The notes beneath the pieces are model-generated. The model did no database searches, was not told the origin of the DNA, and saw only the letters and a list, made by a program, of their open reading frames with translations. The translations under genes and the position numbers were made by a program. 64,000 nucleotides of DNA from an uncultured delta proteobacterium (GTDB lineage: Bacteria; Myxococcota_A; Polyangia; Fen-1088): positions 32,001-96,000 of the forward strand of contig CAVWIP010000018.1 in NCBI GenBank assembly GCA_963755125.1, written 5' to 3'. Shown piece by piece: positions 50,530 to 61,458 of this stretch (its first letter is position 1; each line of letters begins with the position of its first letter).

Positions 50530-51297
50530 CTAACCGCGGTGCGGATCCGGACGTCCCTTTGCCCGGCTGCCCAGCCGACCGCCGATCCCGAAACGCGCGA
50601 TGCTGAACAGCGCCCGCACGCCGTCCTTCCAGGTGATCTTCTTGCCCTCGGCATAGGTCCTGCCGAAGTAGCTGACCGGCACTTCGTAGACACGCCAACC
50701 GCCCAGCGCCACCTTGGCCGTCACCTCGGGTTCAAAACCGAACCCGGCGGACTCCAGGTCGAAGCTCTGGATGACCTCGCGCCGGAAGGCCTTGTAGCCG
50801 GTTTCTATGTCGGTCAGGTTCAGACCGGTGGTCATGTTGGAGAGCAAGGTGATCAGCCGGTTGCCGACGTAGTGGTAGAAGAACAGGACGCGGTGCGGGC
50901 CGCCGAGAAAGCGCGAGCCGAAGACCGCGTCGGCGTGCCCTTGCAGGATGGGATCGATGAGACTCGGATAGTCGGCCGGGTCGTATTCCAGATCCGCGTC
51001 CTGCACCAGCACGATGTCTCCCCGCGCGAGCTTGAAACCCGTGGCAAGCGCAGCACACTTGCCGCGGTTCTGCTCGTGAAAGGCCAGGCGGAGGTCAGGG
51101 GCTTCGGCCAGGGCACGCAACAGTTCGCGCGTCCCATCCGAGCTGCCGTCGTCGACCACCACCATCTCCTTGGCGATGGGCAACGGCTGCTTGCGGACCT
51201 TGTCGATGATCGCCTCGATGGTCGCCCGCTCGTTGAAGCAGGGGATCACCACCGAGAGCAGTGCGGGAGAAAGTCGGATCGGGTCTTGCGCCGTCAT
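50530..51297 (-). CDS. GT2 glycosyltransferase, polyprenol-phosphate glycosyltransferase (DPM1-like)
   Basis: VVIPCFNE, VDDGSSDGT, QDADLEYDP, GSRF. Confidence 0.9.
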   Translation of the reverse strand: MTAQDPIRLSPALLSVVIPCFNERATIEAIIDKVRKQPLPIAKEMVVVDDGSSDGTRELLRALAEAPDLRLAFHEQNRGKCAALATGFKLARGDIVLVQDADLEYDPADYPSLIDPILQGHADAVFGSRFLGGPHRVLFFYHYVGNRLITLLSNMTTGLNLTDIETGYKAFRREVIQSFDLESAGFGFEPEVTAKVALGGWRVYEVPVSYFGRTYAEGKKITWKDGVRALFSIARFGIGGRLGSRAKGRPDPHRG

Positions 51298-51380
51298 GCT
51301 GCCACCTGGTTCCAGGTTAGGCTGAAACCAGGGACCATCGCAAGAGAACGACCGACGGAGACAGGCGGACTCTCCCGGTT

Positions 51381-52889
51381 TCAGGTGGGGCCGCGGTCAC
51401 GAGCTGCGATCCGACACAGCTTGACGGCGCGCCAGCCGATCAGCAAGCAGGCGGCAAGCGCAGCCAGTTGCACAACCGCTGCGGGCCAGCATCGGCAGAC
51501 CGACGGCGCCAGGTCGAGCGGGAACTCCCGATGGAGCAGGCTTCGCGCGTGGGCCAGCACGGGGGAATACGCCGGATGCCACAGCAGACGGTCGAAGCTT
51601 TCGGCCGTGGCCTCCATCTTCCCTTCGTAGGGAACGTAAGGAACCAGAACGCTGACCACCTGAACAAGAAGACTGACCAGCGCCAGCAGAGCAAGGCCCA
51701 GACCCTCCGCGCGGGTCACGCCCTGGTGCAGTCGCAGGGCGAGGCCCACCAGGAGAAAAGGAAGCACGACCACGAGAAAGCGCGGTCCCCAGGTTCCGCC
51801 GCCCCACCACATGTACCAGCGAGCATGAAACACCAGTTGGGCGAGCGCCATGGCAGCCAGGAGCACGAAGACAGCGAGCTGCGTCCGTCGCAGGACCCGC
51901 CAGCCCTTGATGCACGCCAACAGGATCGGTGCATAGAGAAAAATGCTCTTGCCTGGGCTGAGCAGGAGGCCGAAGAGACCCACGTGCAGCGGCGTGGAAA
52001 AGCCCCCGTACAGCTCGCCGCCGTAGCCCGTCTCGCCGGAAGCGGCGAAGCGCACGTAGTCGTAGAGAAACATGCCGGCGAGTGCCGCCGCCACCGGCAG
52101 TCCCCAGGAGGCGGCCCTGACCAGCAGGGGCTTCCAGCGCGGCTCGGCCCGCCACCAGGCCCAGATCAACCAGACACCCAAAGGCAGCACAGCCACCACA
52201 TTGGCAGCGCGGATCAGCACCGCCGCGCCCGCTGCCGCGCCCGAGATCACCAGCCAGCGACGCAGGCCCGTCTGACCCGCGATCACTTGCGCGCCAGCGG
52301 AAAAACCCAGGGATCGTAGCGAGGCATAGACCGCCAGCAACAGCGCCAGCATGCTCGCCGGCTCGCTCATGAAGCTGCGGGCGTAGTGCCAGGCAAACGT
52401 CCCTGCCCCGAGTGCCAGGGCCGCCGCCAGTGACGGCATCTCAGCACAGCCGAGCAGACGACAGGTCAAGAAGAGCAAAGCCACCGTCGCTGCGGTGCAA
52501 AGAACTCCCAGCAGCGAGACGACGTAGATCGGAATGCTGGCGCGGACCAGCCCCTCGTCGCCCCGGACCACGGGCTTGATCGGCGAAAGCCGTTCCAGGG
52601 TACGGCCGACCAAGTAGAGGGGAATCGCCAGGGCCGACTGCCCGACGCCGTACTTGCTGTACCAGCGACCGTCGGCCCCCGGCGCGGCGCCCGGGCAGAT
52701 GTCCGGCACCGAGGTATTGCCGTGCTCGACCATGGACTGGGTGACCAGGAACATGGACACATCGTCGCCATGTTCGAGCAGGCCCTTGGCCGACGCCAGG
52801 TAGAAGCAAGAAAAGAACGCGAACAGCAGCCAGGCCAGCCGCCGGTCGAAGCCGCCGTATTTTCGTTCTGACCTGTCCGCGGCTGCCAT
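51381..52889 (-). CDS. Polytopic membrane protein, probable GT-C fold glycosyltransferase
   Basis: Many TM segments; early DD motif, YSKYGVGQS, SPGKSIFLYAP, WGPRFL; adjacent to the DPM1-like gene. Confidence 0.65.
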   Translation of the reverse strand: MAAADRSERKYGGFDRRLAWLLFAFFSCFYLASAKGLLEHGDDVSMFLVTQSMVEHGNTSVPDICPGAAPGADGRWYSKYGVGQSALAIPLYLVGRTLERLSPIKPVVRGDEGLVRASIPIYVVSLLGVLCTAATVALLFLTCRLLGCAEMPSLAAALALGAGTFAWHYARSFMSEPASMLALLLAVYASLRSLGFSAGAQVIAGQTGLRRWLVISGAAAGAAVLIRAANVVAVLPLGVWLIWAWWRAEPRWKPLLVRAASWGLPVAAALAGMFLYDYVRFAASGETGYGGELYGGFSTPLHVGLFGLLLSPGKSIFLYAPILLACIKGWRVLRRTQLAVFVLLAAMALAQLVFHARWYMWWGGGTWGPRFLVVVLPFLLVGLALRLHQGVTRAEGLGLALLALVSLLVQVVSVLVPYVPYEGKMEATAESFDRLLWHPAYSPVLAHARSLLHREFPLDLAPSVCRCWPAAVVQLAALAACLLIGWRAVKLCRIAARDRGPT

Positions 52890-53097
52890 CGACGTTCACC
52901 TGGGTAGCAGGAGCTGGGCCGGCGAGTCAGCGGCCGCGGGCAGCGGCGCCGATAGCGCGAAGATGATGTGCATGGGCCCGAGAAGCTCTCGGCGGCCGGA
53001 GCGGCGCCATCGCATCGGGACATGATGCGCCGACGGACGGCGCCCTGTCCAGGCTGCCGGCTTCGCAATTGCGCGGCGTCGGAATCCCGGGCTATGA

Positions 53098-54624
53098 ATG
53101 TGCGTGATGCGCCGACTCGACGCGCGGCTGTTGCCTTTCGTCCTGGTGGGCGTTTCTCTGGCCGCGGCCATCGCTCTGCCCAGTCACGATGTGAACGGCG
53201 ATGCGTTCGACAAGTTGCTCAGCCTGGAGAAGGAGCGTTGCCCGAGCAGCCCAAAGCACCCGGCGGCGGAACCCGCCGGCTGGCTTCTCATGCGGGCGCT
53301 TCGCCACGCCGGCTATGCAGGCCGCGCCTTGCGGCCAATCCAGTTGTGCAACGGCGTGTGGATGTCGCTGGCCCTGGCGGCGATCTTCCTGTTCGCGCGG
53401 CAAACAACCCGGAGCCGTGCCGCAACCGCTGGCGTGGTCCTGCTGGCAGCGGGATGCTACGCCTGGCTCCACTTGGTGCTGGATCCCTATCTCTTCTACT
53501 GGCCTCCGTCCCTGGCCGGCCTGCTGTGGGCTGCCTGGCTGGTGCAAGGCACGACGACGGCAAAGCGTGGGTGGGTGTCCTGGGCGGCGGCACTGTTGTG
53601 TCTGGTCGGCGCGGTTCTGTTCAACCCGATGATCGTGATGGCGGTGCCGGCGGTGGCAGCGACCTGTTTCGCGACGGATGCTCGCTTGTGCCCTGCGCGC
53701 GCGCGCGTGCGGGGCCTCTGCCTGGTGCTAGCGCCCGCGCTGGCGCTGGGCGTAGCCATGCGTCGCTCCGGGTCGACGGGCGCGGGCGAGATCTACGGCC
53801 GCTGGCGTCTCGACACATGGCAATCGGCTATGTTCGGGGCCAAGCACGCCTTGCTGGCCCACAGCTACCACCTCGACGGTAGCCGCTGGAAAACGCTGGG
53901 CGTATCGCTGCTGGGCATCGCCAAGGTTGGTCTGGTGCCGGCCGGACTCGCCCTGCTCTGGCTGATGGTTCGTTCCGGACGGCCTGGCCTGCGATTGGGC
54001 GTGTGGTGGGGACTGGGTGCCGCGGTCGGCGCCATCTTCGTTGCCTGGTGGGATCCGGCGCAGGGACAATTCTGGTTGCTGCCGGTCTTGCTCCTGCTCA
54101 TGGGGGTGGCGGCAGCACAAGCACAAGGCCAGCCCGCGCCGACACGGCCGCGGCTCGCGCATGTCGTGCTGGTGGCCGAGGGGGCCATGCTCCTGCTGGC
54201 CAATTCCATCGGATACGCCGTGCCTTCGGCCGTCCGGGCGGACACCCACGCCGCCGTCGCCATTCGCATTGCAGCGCGCTTCGCTCGTACCGATATCCTG
54301 ATCTACCCCGGGTTCAGCGATCCTTATCTGGCCTACTACGCCGGCCTTCCGGGCGATTGTATGATCGGTTTCTACTTCCAGAAGCGCGCCCGACCGGAGC
54401 TGGCGTCGTCACTCGACGCGCTGGCCGAGTTCATCGCCCACAGCAAGGCCGAGGGCCGGCGCGTGTTCTTACAAACCCGCGCCGGCGGGTTGCCCGAGAT
54501 TCCACCCTGGGTGATGGCAACCGGAGTGGACTACCGCGTGGAGGATTTCCTTCGCATCGAGTGGGGGCAGACCGTGTCGGTGGAAGGCCAGACGTTCCGG
54601 CAGGCTCTCGCCGTCCGTCGCTAG
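53098..54624 (+). CDS. Polytopic membrane protein, possibly GT-C
   Basis: Many hydrophobic helices with a soluble C-terminal region; family not securely recognised. Confidence 0.55.
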   Translation: MCVMRRLDARLLPFVLVGVSLAAAIALPSHDVNGDAFDKLLSLEKERCPSSPKHPAAEPAGWLLMRALRHAGYAGRALRPIQLCNGVWMSLALAAIFLFARQTTRSRAATAGVVLLAAGCYAWLHLVLDPYLFYWPPSLAGLLWAAWLVQGTTTAKRGWVSWAAALLCLVGAVLFNPMIVMAVPAVAATCFATDARLCPARARVRGLCLVLAPALALGVAMRRSGSTGAGEIYGRWRLDTWQSAMFGAKHALLAHSYHLDGSRWKTLGVSLLGIAKVGLVPAGLALLWLMVRSGRPGLRLGVWWGLGAAVGAIFVAWWDPAQGQFWLLPVLLLLMGVAAAQAQGQPAPTRPRLAHVVLVAEGAMLLLANSIGYAVPSAVRADTHAAVAIRIAARFARTDILIYPGFSDPYLAYYAGLPGDCMIGFYFQKRARPELASSLDALAEFIAHSKAEGRRVFLQTRAGGLPEIPPWVMATGVDYRVEDFLRIEWGQTVSVEGQTFRQALAVRR

Positions 54625-54646
54625 TCTTCCCGGGCCGATTTCCAGT

Positions 54647-56185
54647 CTACTTCAGCTCGAAGAAGCTGCGAATCCGCTGCAGGAACTGGCTCTTGCGCTC
54701 GGCAGTCTGCGCCGCGGCCAGCGCACTCATTTCGCCGCCTTTCTTTTCGATGTACGACTGGCGCGTGGCCAGCAGCGACGACATGTGATCGGCCACCGCC
54801 GGACGCGTGGTGAGCAGGCGCTGGAAGGTGGCGTGGTCCAGCTCGAAGCTCATCACGTCGGTGGCGGCCAGGCAGGTCGCGGCGCGCGGCTCCCCGGTCA
54901 TCAGCGACATCTCGCCCACGAAATCGCCCGGGCCGAGGGTGGCGATGACTCTGTTCATGCCCGCCTGGGTGAGCGATACGTGAACCTCGCCGCCCGCGAT
55001 GATGAACATGGAATCGCCGGGGGTGCCCTGACGAATGATGGACTCGCCCGCAGCAAAGGGGCGGCGACACAGGCCGCGGGCCAGCAGCTCGCGTTCGGCC
55101 GGTTCCAGGGTGGCGAACAGATCCACCTGATCGAGCGCGGTCATGCGCGCCGCGAGCTCGCGCGGCGCCGGTTGGTCGGCATCGGCGGCCTGTGCCCCTT
55201 GCATGACCACGGTGCGGATGGGAAACGGCATCTCCAGTCCCGCGCGCGCGGCCGCGTACCAGACGCGCGTGCGCACCTCGCCCTCGATCTCGGGCGCCTG
55301 GTCGAACCGATCGATCCAGTAGCGCAAGGCATAGATGATGGCGCTGTCGCCGAACTCGACCGGGAGACAGTCAGGCTCGGGGACGGTGAGCACGCCTGGC
55401 GTCTCACGCGCGGCCTCGGCCAGCAGCTTGCGTACCTGATTGGGCGGATGGCGGTAGTGGAGACCAATGTTCAGCCACACGCGGTGGTTGGGCGACGGCC
55501 GCGAGTAGTTGTAGACCTCCTGCGCGGTGATCTGACCGTTGGGGATGATGATGGTGTCGCCGTCAATGGTGCGCAGAACCGTCGAGCGCCAGTGAATCTC
55601 GGCAATGCGCCCCTTGCGGTTGCCGAACTGGACCCAGTCGCCCACGCCCAGCGAGCGGTCCATGTTCAGCAGGATGCCGGCCAGCAAATTGGTCAGCGTG
55701 CTCTGCAGCGCCAGACCCAAAATCGCGGTGAGCACCGCCGAGGTCGTCACCATCGAGGTGACGTCGACGCCGCTCTGGCCGAGCACACCGAAGAGCACCA
55801 CCACGAAGGCCAAAACCAGGATGAGATCGCGCAGCAGGAGAGGAAAGTGCACGTTGGCGCGCGCCGGAAGGATCTCGAACATGGCCATGACCAAGGTGCC
55901 CACCGCGCCCATGGCAACGAAGAAGGTGGACAGCACGGCCATCACCCGACCGAAGGCCAGGTGCCCACCGCCCACCGCCAGCAAGCCCAGGCGCAGCAGG
56001 GCCAGCGACGCACCGATGACCAGGAAAATCTGCAGCACGCTGCCGTGATCGCGGTTCTCGCGCGGAAGCCGTCGGCGCAGGAAGATGAGCACGACCAGCG
56101 TGCCCAGCGCCGTGAGCAGACTCATGCCCGGTCCGGTGAAGGGTCCGGCCTTGGTCAGATCGAGCAGGCGCTGCCAGCGGTTCAT
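54647..56185 (-). CDS. MscS-family mechanosensitive channel with C-terminal cNMP-binding domain
   Basis: GLALQSTLTNLLAG, GDWV, IPNGQI; then IIRQGTPGDSMFII, GEMSLMTGEPRAAT. Confidence 0.92.
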   Translation of the reverse strand: MNRWQRLLDLTKAGPFTGPGMSLLTALGTLVVLIFLRRRLPRENRDHGSVLQIFLVIGASLALLRLGLLAVGGGHLAFGRVMAVLSTFFVAMGAVGTLVMAMFEILPARANVHFPLLLRDLILVLAFVVVLFGVLGQSGVDVTSMVTTSAVLTAILGLALQSTLTNLLAGILLNMDRSLGVGDWVQFGNRKGRIAEIHWRSTVLRTIDGDTIIIPNGQITAQEVYNYSRPSPNHRVWLNIGLHYRHPPNQVRKLLAEAARETPGVLTVPEPDCLPVEFGDSAIIYALRYWIDRFDQAPEIEGEVRTRVWYAAARAGLEMPFPIRTVVMQGAQAADADQPAPRELAARMTALDQVDLFATLEPAERELLARGLCRRPFAAGESIIRQGTPGDSMFIIAGGEVHVSLTQAGMNRVIATLGPGDFVGEMSLMTGEPRAATCLAATDVMSFELDHATFQRLLTTRPAVADHMSSLLATRQSYIEKKGGEMSALAAAQTAERKSQFLQRIRSFFELK

Positions 56186-56212
56186 GTTGACCTAATCCCG
56201 TAATAGTCGCAG

Positions 56213-56288
56213 GTGGTCGTGGTCAACGGTAGTCACTCCGGCCACGACCACGACCACATCTACGTCTACGGCCACGTCTACGACCTCC
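56213..56288. repeat. Intergenic hexamer-based (CCACGA/CTACGT-type) REP-like element, copy A
   Basis: GTGGTCGTGGTC...GACCACGACCAC hairpin followed by ATCTACGTCTACGGCCACGTCTACGACCTCC; related copy at 63434-63509. Confidence 0.7.
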
Positions 56289-56303
56289 GCCGGCAAAGCC
56301 GGG

Positions 56304-57824
56304 TTACCCATGGGCCGGCGGCTCGCCATCGAGGGGATGCGGAACGACCTCGTCGCGCGTGGGCAGCAGGTGCTCGAGACCGTGCTTACGCATGCGATAG
56401 TAGAGCGTCGAGCGGTTGATGCCCAGCGCGCGCGCGGCGTGGGCGATGTTGCCCTGGGCGCGTTCCACCGCCGCGATGATCTCGCCGCGCTCCTGCTCGG
56501 ACAGACGCCGGTAGAGCGAACGTCCGCCTTCGCCCGCGGGAGCGGCGCCACTCTCGGCCGGAGCCCCGATGGGAATCCCACCCGACGGGGTCATGCCCAG
56601 GCGCCGGCCGAAATCGAGGTCAGCCACGGTCAAGCTCGGCCCGGAAACCAGGATCATGGCCCGCTCGATGACGTTCTCCAGCTCCCGCACATTGCCCGGC
56701 CAGGGATAGGCAGCCAGGGCGGCCAGGGCGCGCGGGTCCGCGGCGCTGACCATCTTGCCGCTCGACTGGGCGTACTTCTGCATGAAGTGCTCGACCAGCA
56801 AGGGGATGTCGCCGGGCCGTTCGCGCAGAGGCGGCATGGTGATGGGAAAGACGTTGAGCCGGTAATAGAGATCCTCGCGGAACTTGCCCTCGACGATCAG
56901 CCGTTCCAGATCGCGGTGGGTGGCCGAGATCAGGCGCACGTCGACCTTGACCGTCTCCACACCACCCACCCGTTCGAACTCGCGCTCCTGCAGAACCCGC
57001 AGCAGCCTGACCTGCACATCGAGAGGAAGGTCGCCCACCTCGTCGAGAAAAAGCGTGCCACCGTCGGCCAGCTCGAAACGGCCAGCCCGGCGCGCCACCG
57101 CGCCAGTGAAAGCGCCCTTCTCGTGACCGAACAGCTCGGATTCCAGGACCCCCGGGGCCAGGGCCGCACAGTTCACCCGCACGAAGGGGCGGCTCTCGCG
57201 CGGGCTGTTGATGTGGATGGCCCGCGCCACCATCTCCTTGCCGGTGCCGGTTTCCCCGCGCAAGAGCACCGTGGCCGCGGTCTGCGCCACCTGCTCCACC
57301 TTGGTCAGCACCTGGCGCAGCGGCGGCGAGTCGCCCACGATGGCGCCGAAGTTGTAGGCGCTGTCAGCCTCGCGCGACAGTACGCGCGCGTACTGCGAAA
57401 GCTGGTCCAGCAAGCGACGATTCTCGCGCACCAGATGAAAGCGCTCCACCGCGTGCACCAGGATCCCGCGCAGTTCCTTGCTGTCCCAGGGCTTGGTGAT
57501 GTAGCGGTAGATGCGGCCCAGGCTGATGGATTCGATGAGCACGTCCACGTCGGTGAACGCGGTGACGATGATGCCCACGGCGTCGGGGCGGATGTCACGC
57601 ACGGCGCGCAGCAGTTCCAGCCCGGTCATGCGCGGCATGCGCTGGTCGGTCACCACCACCGCCATGTCGTGGGCGCGCACCAAGTTCAGCGCTTCCTCGG
57701 CACCCGAGGCCAGGTGCAAGGTGAAGGTCTTGCCAAAGGTGAAACGGAACGCGTCCAGGTTGTCGCTCTCGTCGTCGACCACCAGGATGGGGAACTTCGT
57801 CCATTCGATTTCGCCCACAGCCAT
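56304..57824 (-). CDS. NtrC-type sigma54-dependent response regulator
   Basis: Receiver ILVVDD...TDQRMP...KPWD; GETGTGKE, GAFTGA, WPGNVRELEN, Fis-type HTH. Confidence 0.93.
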   Translation of the reverse strand: MAVGEIEWTKFPILVVDDESDNLDAFRFTFGKTFTLHLASGAEEALNLVRAHDMAVVVTDQRMPRMTGLELLRAVRDIRPDAVGIIVTAFTDVDVLIESISLGRIYRYITKPWDSKELRGILVHAVERFHLVRENRRLLDQLSQYARVLSREADSAYNFGAIVGDSPPLRQVLTKVEQVAQTAATVLLRGETGTGKEMVARAIHINSPRESRPFVRVNCAALAPGVLESELFGHEKGAFTGAVARRAGRFELADGGTLFLDEVGDLPLDVQVRLLRVLQEREFERVGGVETVKVDVRLISATHRDLERLIVEGKFREDLYYRLNVFPITMPPLRERPGDIPLLVEHFMQKYAQSSGKMVSAADPRALAALAAYPWPGNVRELENVIERAMILVSGPSLTVADLDFGRRLGMTPSGGIPIGAPAESGAAPAGEGGRSLYRRLSEQERGEIIAAVERAQGNIAHAARALGINRSTLYYRMRKHGLEHLLPTRDEVVPHPLDGEPPAHG

Positions 57825-57885
57825 GCCCTTGACGGTAACATAAAGTCGAGGAACCGGGACCGTGGATGCACGCCCCCAAACAGCT

Positions 57886-57993
57886 GGTATGGGAACCCTC
57901 AAAGGGTTCCCATACCCTCCCGCGATGGTGCGCGGCGAGCAAAGCTCGCCGGCTCCCCACGCGACTGATATGGGAACCCTTGGGCACGCGACT
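57886..57993 (+). repeat. Two-hairpin palindromic element, copy 3, plus an internally deleted mini-copy
   Basis: GGTATGGGAACCCT-CAA-AGGGTTCCCATACC (14-bp stem), CGGCGAGC-AAA-GCTCGCCG, end CCCCACGCGACT; then ATATGGGAACCCTTGGGCACGCGACT. Confidence 0.9.
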
Positions 57994-58004
57994 ACCGTGA
58001 ACCC

Positions 58005-58940
58005 ATGAGCCGGGATGCCCTGCCTCGCGACGACCACCGGCTGGCGGCTGTGATCGTCCACTTTGCCACCCCCGGGCAGACCGCGGCCTGCGTGGCCGCG
58101 CTGGCGCGGTCGCGGCGGATAGTCGACCACGTGGTGGTGGTCGACAACGGCTCGGGCGACCAAAGCCTGCGCGACAGTTTGGAAAACGTGGACTGGATCG
58201 AGTCGCCGCACAACTTGGGATTCGCCGGCGGCGCCAACCTGGGCGTCCGGCGTGCCCTGGACGCGGGCGCCAGCTACGTGTTTCTGCTCAACAGCGACGC
58301 ACTGGTCGCGCCGGACTGCCTCGGCATTCTGGAAGACGCCGTCGAGCAACCAGGCGCGGGGCTGGCTGGTCCCGCCATCGTGTCGGCCCGTGACCCGGCC
58401 AGGCTGGAATCGACCGGGATTGCCTACGCGCCGCTGACAGGCCGCATGCGGCTTTCCGGCTGGGGCCAATCTCTGCCTGCGGCCGGCACTCCGACGTACC
58501 CGGTGGACGCGGTGAGCGGCTGTGCCCTCATGATCCGTCGGGAGGTGTTCGATCGCGTGGGTCTTCTGCCCGAGGAGTATTTCTTCGGCTTCGAGGATGT
58601 GGACTTCTGCCTGCGAGGGCGGAACGCAGGTTTCATCGTCCTGTGCGCCCCTGCCGCCCGGGTGCTTCACCAAGGAGGCGCCAGCCTGGCGCCTGGCTCG
58701 CCTGACCGCATCTACTTCGCGACCCGCAACCATCTCTTGCTCGCGCGGCGTGCGCGCCCACTGCCCGCGCCGCTCTCCGCCCTGCGCGCGGCCCACATCC
58801 TGGCGCTGAACCTGGCGCATCTGGTTCTACGGACGAAGGTGCCACGCCTGGCAGGCGTGCGCGCCCTGGCCACCGGTTTCGCCGACTATTGCGCTGGCCG
58901 TTTCGGCGCACGCGCCGGGACCGCATCACGTCCTACGTAG
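58005..58940 (+). CDS. GT2 glycosyltransferase (rhamnosyltransferase-like)
   Basis: VVDNGSGD, NLGFAGGANLG, LLNSD, EDVDFC. Confidence 0.9.
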   Translation: MSRDALPRDDHRLAAVIVHFATPGQTAACVAALARSRRIVDHVVVVDNGSGDQSLRDSLENVDWIESPHNLGFAGGANLGVRRALDAGASYVFLLNSDALVAPDCLGILEDAVEQPGAGLAGPAIVSARDPARLESTGIAYAPLTGRMRLSGWGQSLPAAGTPTYPVDAVSGCALMIRREVFDRVGLLPEEYFFGFEDVDFCLRGRNAGFIVLCAPAARVLHQGGASLAPGSPDRIYFATRNHLLLARRARPLPAPLSALRAAHILALNLAHLVLRTKVPRLAGVRALATGFADYCAGRFGARAGTASRPT

Positions 58941-61458
58941 GGCAACCTGCGGTTCGAACCACGGCATCGAGCGCAGCGGCCAGTGCGGCATCGAAGCCGG
59001 ACTGCGAGCAGTCCTGCGCGACCCGGTCCAGCGCGGCCGAACGCAAACGCTGCCACAGTCCGGGATCGGAATAGAGGCGCGCGCAGGCCTCTGCGAAGGT
59101 AGCTGCGTCGTCGGCAGCTAGCAGTTCGCGGCCCGACTGCCAGCCAAGCTGGCCCGCCAGCAACGACGTCGCCACCACCGGCAGGCCGTGCGCGGCCGCG
59201 TGGTGTACCTTGAAGGGAATGCCCGCGGCAAAACGCGTCGGCGCGACGAACACGCGGGCCCGATCGTACAGCTCGTTCAAGTCATCCACCTGCCCGAGCA
59301 CGCGCACGCCCGGCGCAGCCAGTTCCAGCACCGCCGGCAGGGTGGTGGCGCCCGCGAACTCGACGCTCAGGTCGGCGCCCAGCCTGGCCCGCAGCAGGGG
59401 CAGCACCTTCCGCACGAACCAGCGAACCGAATCCACGTTGGGGCTGTCCTCCTCGTCCAGCGCCCCGACGAAGAGCAGGCCGTCGCGTTCGCCGAAGGAC
59501 CGCGACGTGGGCCTGCAATCCACGCGATGGCCGAGCGTGAAGGTGTGGGGCGCGCCCGCGCCGGAGAAAGTGGCGGCATCCTGGGCGGAGACAGCCAGCA
59601 CCGCCTGCGCCCGCTGCGCCAGCGCCAGTTCCGTGGCACGCTGCCGCTCACCTTCGTCCGTTCTGATCTTGTCGCCGCGTAGGCGATGACCCGCAAGCTC
59701 TCGGTCGGCGAAGATGGCCTCGGCGTCGTAGATGATGGGGAAGTCCAGCGGCGCGCGCAGGCGGGCACAGGCGGAATTCAGGCGGACCATGTTGTGCGGC
59801 CGGCTGGCCAGCACGCACGAATACAGGCCGCGCCTCTCCTCCAGCAGCCGGAACAACCCCTGCGCGCCCACGCCGGTGAGCACCTCCACCGTGGGCGGCA
59901 GCTCGGCGTGCGGGTCGTCGTCGTCGGGAAAGGACAGCGGAGCCAGCGTCGGCAGCCAACCCAGACGCACGAGAGCGGCCAGCAGCTCGACGGCCCGGGG
60001 CTGTCCGCTGCCCCGGGCAACGTGCGGCACGCCATCATCCAGCACCAGGATGCGCGGCCCGGGCCGGTGCGTGCGCGCGTGATGAGCACGCGAGAGATCC
60101 GGCGCCAGCTGCTGGGCGAGCCAGTCGCGGTGCTTGCGCAGGAACATCTGACGTCGCTCGGCCTGCTGGGCGATGGCACTCGCCCGCGAGGGCGAACTGG
60201 CGAACTCGAAGTGCAGGGCCGCCACGCGCGGCTGGAACAGAACGCGCCGGCCCGATTTCCACAGACGCACGCAGTAGTCAGCGTCCTCGTAGTACGCGGG
60301 CGCGAAGTCAGCGTCGAACCCGCCCATCTGCTTCCACAGCGCGCGTGGGGTGAACAGCAGGGCCGCCGAGCAGAAGTCGACCTCGCGCTGAAACATGTAC
60401 TGCGGATCGCGCGGCTGGCCGCCGCGACCGTAGCCCAGGCACGAGCCGTCGTTCCAGATGATGCTGCCGGCCTCCTGCAAAGAACCGTCGGGCGCGATCA
60501 GGCGACCACCCACCGCGCCGATCGAGGGCGAGGCGTCGAGGGTTTGCAGGGCCGCGGCCAGGCTGCCGGGCAAAAGTTCGGCGTCGTTGTTGAGCAGAAG
60601 CAGCACGCGCCCGCGCGCCACCGCGGCGGCCTGGTTGGTCGCGCGCAGGAAGCCCAGGTTCTTCTGGTTGTGCAGGATGGTGACCCCGTCGATGCGATCG
60701 AGCAGCCGGGCGGTCTCATCCGAGGACGCGTTGTCGACCAGCACGACCTCGACCGGTGGCGAGCGGATTTCGGCCAGGGCGCGCAAGCAGCGCAAGGTCA
60801 GCTCGGCCCGGTTGTAGAGCACGACCAAGGCGCTGACCTCGGGCGGCCCGCTCGGGATCAGATCCAGCCGGGCGCCGCTGGCCAGAAAATCGCGCAGCAG
60901 TTCACTGTGCTGAAACTCCAGTCCAGCGCGCGCGGGGAGCGCGACCGTGTTCTCCGCTGTCGTCCCCTGCATCTCGCGGCGGAGTGCGCGTAGCAAGCGC
61001 AACCACTGCCTGGGCGACAGCTCCAGCCGGCCCTCTCGCCAGGCGCGGAAGGCCTTGCAGATGGCACTCCACACAAAGGACGCAAACGAAATCCTCCTGT
61101 TCGCCTGCCGCACGATCACCGACTGAACAAAGCAGCGCGCGCGGTGCCTGCCGTCGAGCACGGCGAACACCTCGATGCGCACGGCCCCGGGGCGCACCCG
61201 GATGCGCCCCTCGAAACCACAGCAGCCGGCTTGTTTCTGCTCGGGGTAGTCAAACGCCACGTCGGGCCTTGCCAGTCCCGCGGCCAGCGCTGTCTCGCGG
61301 CCACCGGCACGGGCCAGCACCGCGCGCACTTCCGATCGCGCGGCGAACACCCAGCCGCGCACCAGCAGCGAGCCAGGGCAAACCACCTGGCCCGCAAACG
61401 GCTCGTCGAGCCAGCCTTCCAGGTCCCCGGCGCCGTCGATCGAGCGCTTCCCCATCAC
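58933..61458 (-). CDS. Fused GT2 + GT4-like glycosyltransferase
   Basis: VDNASSD, NLGF, LNND, YYEDADYC; C-terminal APTRFAAGIPFKV...GLPVVAT. Confidence 0.88.
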   Translation of the reverse strand: MMGKRSIDGAGDLEGWLDEPFAGQVVCPGSLLVRGWVFAARSEVRAVLARAGGRETALAAGLARPDVAFDYPEQKQAGCCGFEGRIRVRPGAVRIEVFAVLDGRHRARCFVQSVIVRQANRRISFASFVWSAICKAFRAWREGRLELSPRQWLRLLRALRREMQGTTAENTVALPARAGLEFQHSELLRDFLASGARLDLIPSGPPEVSALVVLYNRAELTLRCLRALAEIRSPPVEVVLVDNASSDETARLLDRIDGVTILHNQKNLGFLRATNQAAAVARGRVLLLLNNDAELLPGSLAAALQTLDASPSIGAVGGRLIAPDGSLQEAGSIIWNDGSCLGYGRGGQPRDPQYMFQREVDFCSAALLFTPRALWKQMGGFDADFAPAYYEDADYCVRLWKSGRRVLFQPRVAALHFEFASSPSRASAIAQQAERRQMFLRKHRDWLAQQLAPDLSRAHHARTHRPGPRILVLDDGVPHVARGSGQPRAVELLAALVRLGWLPTLAPLSFPDDDDPHAELPPTVEVLTGVGAQGLFRLLEERRGLYSCVLASRPHNMVRLNSACARLRAPLDFPIIYDAEAIFADRELAGHRLRGDKIRTDEGERQRATELALAQRAQAVLAVSAQDAATFSGAGAPHTFTLGHRVDCRPTSRSFGERDGLLFVGALDEEDSPNVDSVRWFVRKVLPLLRARLGADLSVEFAGATTLPAVLELAAPGVRVLGQVDDLNELYDRARVFVAPTRFAAGIPFKVHHAAAHGLPVVATSLLAGQLGWQSGRELLAADDAATFAEACARLYSDPGLWQRLRSAALDRVAQDCSQSGFDAALAAALDAVVRTAGCPT